This document shows positions 63,171-64,000 of a stretch of DNA of 64,000 bases, piece by piece. This DNA comes from Harriotta raleighana. Lineage: Eukaryota. The notes below the pieces were generated by a model that did no database searches, had not been told where the DNA came from, and saw nothing but the letters and a program-made list of their open reading frames with translations. The stretch's first letter is position 1. Each line of letters starts with the position of its first letter. The stretch spans positions 3,783,379 through 3,847,378 of the forward strand of contig JBNZDD010013692.1 of NCBI GenBank assembly GCA_050575255.1, given 5' to 3'. Position numbers and translations under genes: made by a program.

Positions 63171-63329
63171 ATGTATGCCAAGTATTCATTAGTTACAGTA
63201 AGTCGTAGTCTTTTGTTTTTTGATGAGGATATGTGGTCTCTAGATAATTCAGTAAAGCTCCTATAACACACGTTTGTCCTGTAATTATTTTGGCAGAAAG
63301 AAGCTAACGAAGGAAGCATACCTGTTGCA
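63171..63329 (+). repeat. Uninterrupted paralogue of the segment embedded at 57856-58598
   Basis: atgtatgccaagtattcattagttacag...gatatgtggtctctagataat...ctgTAattattttggcag...tacctgttgca. Confidence 0.9.
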
Positions 63330-64000
63330 AATATTTATTTCTAACTCTTCAATGTGGAGGTATTAATGCAGTGGTGGAGATCAGTTCAAGGAATGCACTT
63401 TACGTTTGCTGCCCTTGGCTGAGCCTCCTACTCCCACCCCACCGGGCTGCTCTTTGCCTTCGGGTCCCTGGCAAACACAGAACGAGGTAACAATGCAGGT
63501 GCAAGTTTTGCTGTGTGAAATTAAAGCACATTTCACTCCAAGCTTAACAGTTCTGTCAGCTGGTGAGGCATTAACCAGGTATACCTGCACTCAATAAATA
63601 GTTCAGTTTCAGCCATTCTACATCAGCCTTCCAAGTTAATAAACAGCCAGGTTCATGGCTCGCAAGTGAACATACTTGGTGTGGGTTGGAAAAGCACTTG
63701 TGAGGAAACGACCATTACAACAGGCCATCGCAGCAGAATAAACATCTCGGGATAGCTCCTCCAGGGAACCATAGTACATCGCACGAACCCCCAAAAACTC
63801 GGCTGCTTAATGAAATTCCTGTGGTTTGGACTGACATAAAAGGACGTTCCCTGGAGGAGATACATTTTGTGTTCCAACTGGCTTTTGGATGCACCATTTA
63901 ATTTGCTATTTTCCTAATGTTTTTTTCCCCTCCTTGGCTCCTGAAGACATTTGATTCCTTTCACCTTGGATTTGATTTATTTTGTTTAGTTGAACAGCTA

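Larger units (their letters stand above)
18837..64000 (-). other. FBXL17: Probable FBXL17 intron 5' of the exon (continues beyond window end)
   Basis: AG acceptor at 18838-18837 with a T-rich tract. The preceding exon (...LNLCLNWIIND) was not recognised in the window. Confidence 0.7.

Overview
Vertebrate genomic DNA from a gapped scaffold, most likely a cartilaginous fish such as a chimaera/elephant shark (inferred from the repeat families). The only host coding sequence I can support is a 77-nt internal exon of FBXL17 on the minus strand (18760-18836, (R)CVEFVAKEGQSLKELYLVSCKITDY), so the rest is probably two very large introns. These introns are full of mobile elements: L2-clade LINE copies (one young copy with endonuclease and RT remnants) and many very short L2 3' tails, two tRNA-derived SINE families with Deu-like domains, CR1 3' fragments, TA-flanked Tc1/mariner (Tigger-like) MITEs, and a Penelope-type tandem repeat with two decayed hammerhead-ribozyme cores. 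Almost all listed ORFs are spurious or repeat-derived. The most unusual observations are: two unique ~160-180 bp segments that appear copied from 2-5 kb away into SINEs (candidate locally templated insertions, one pair bracketing the exon); repeated nesting at the shared LINE/SINE 3' stem-loop; two long hairpins not explained by known repeats; a foldback element; and an inverted pair of 1-kb microsatellite-carrying MITEs. I found no new protein-coding system. Repeat boundaries are estimated by eye and family names are from memory, not from database searches.
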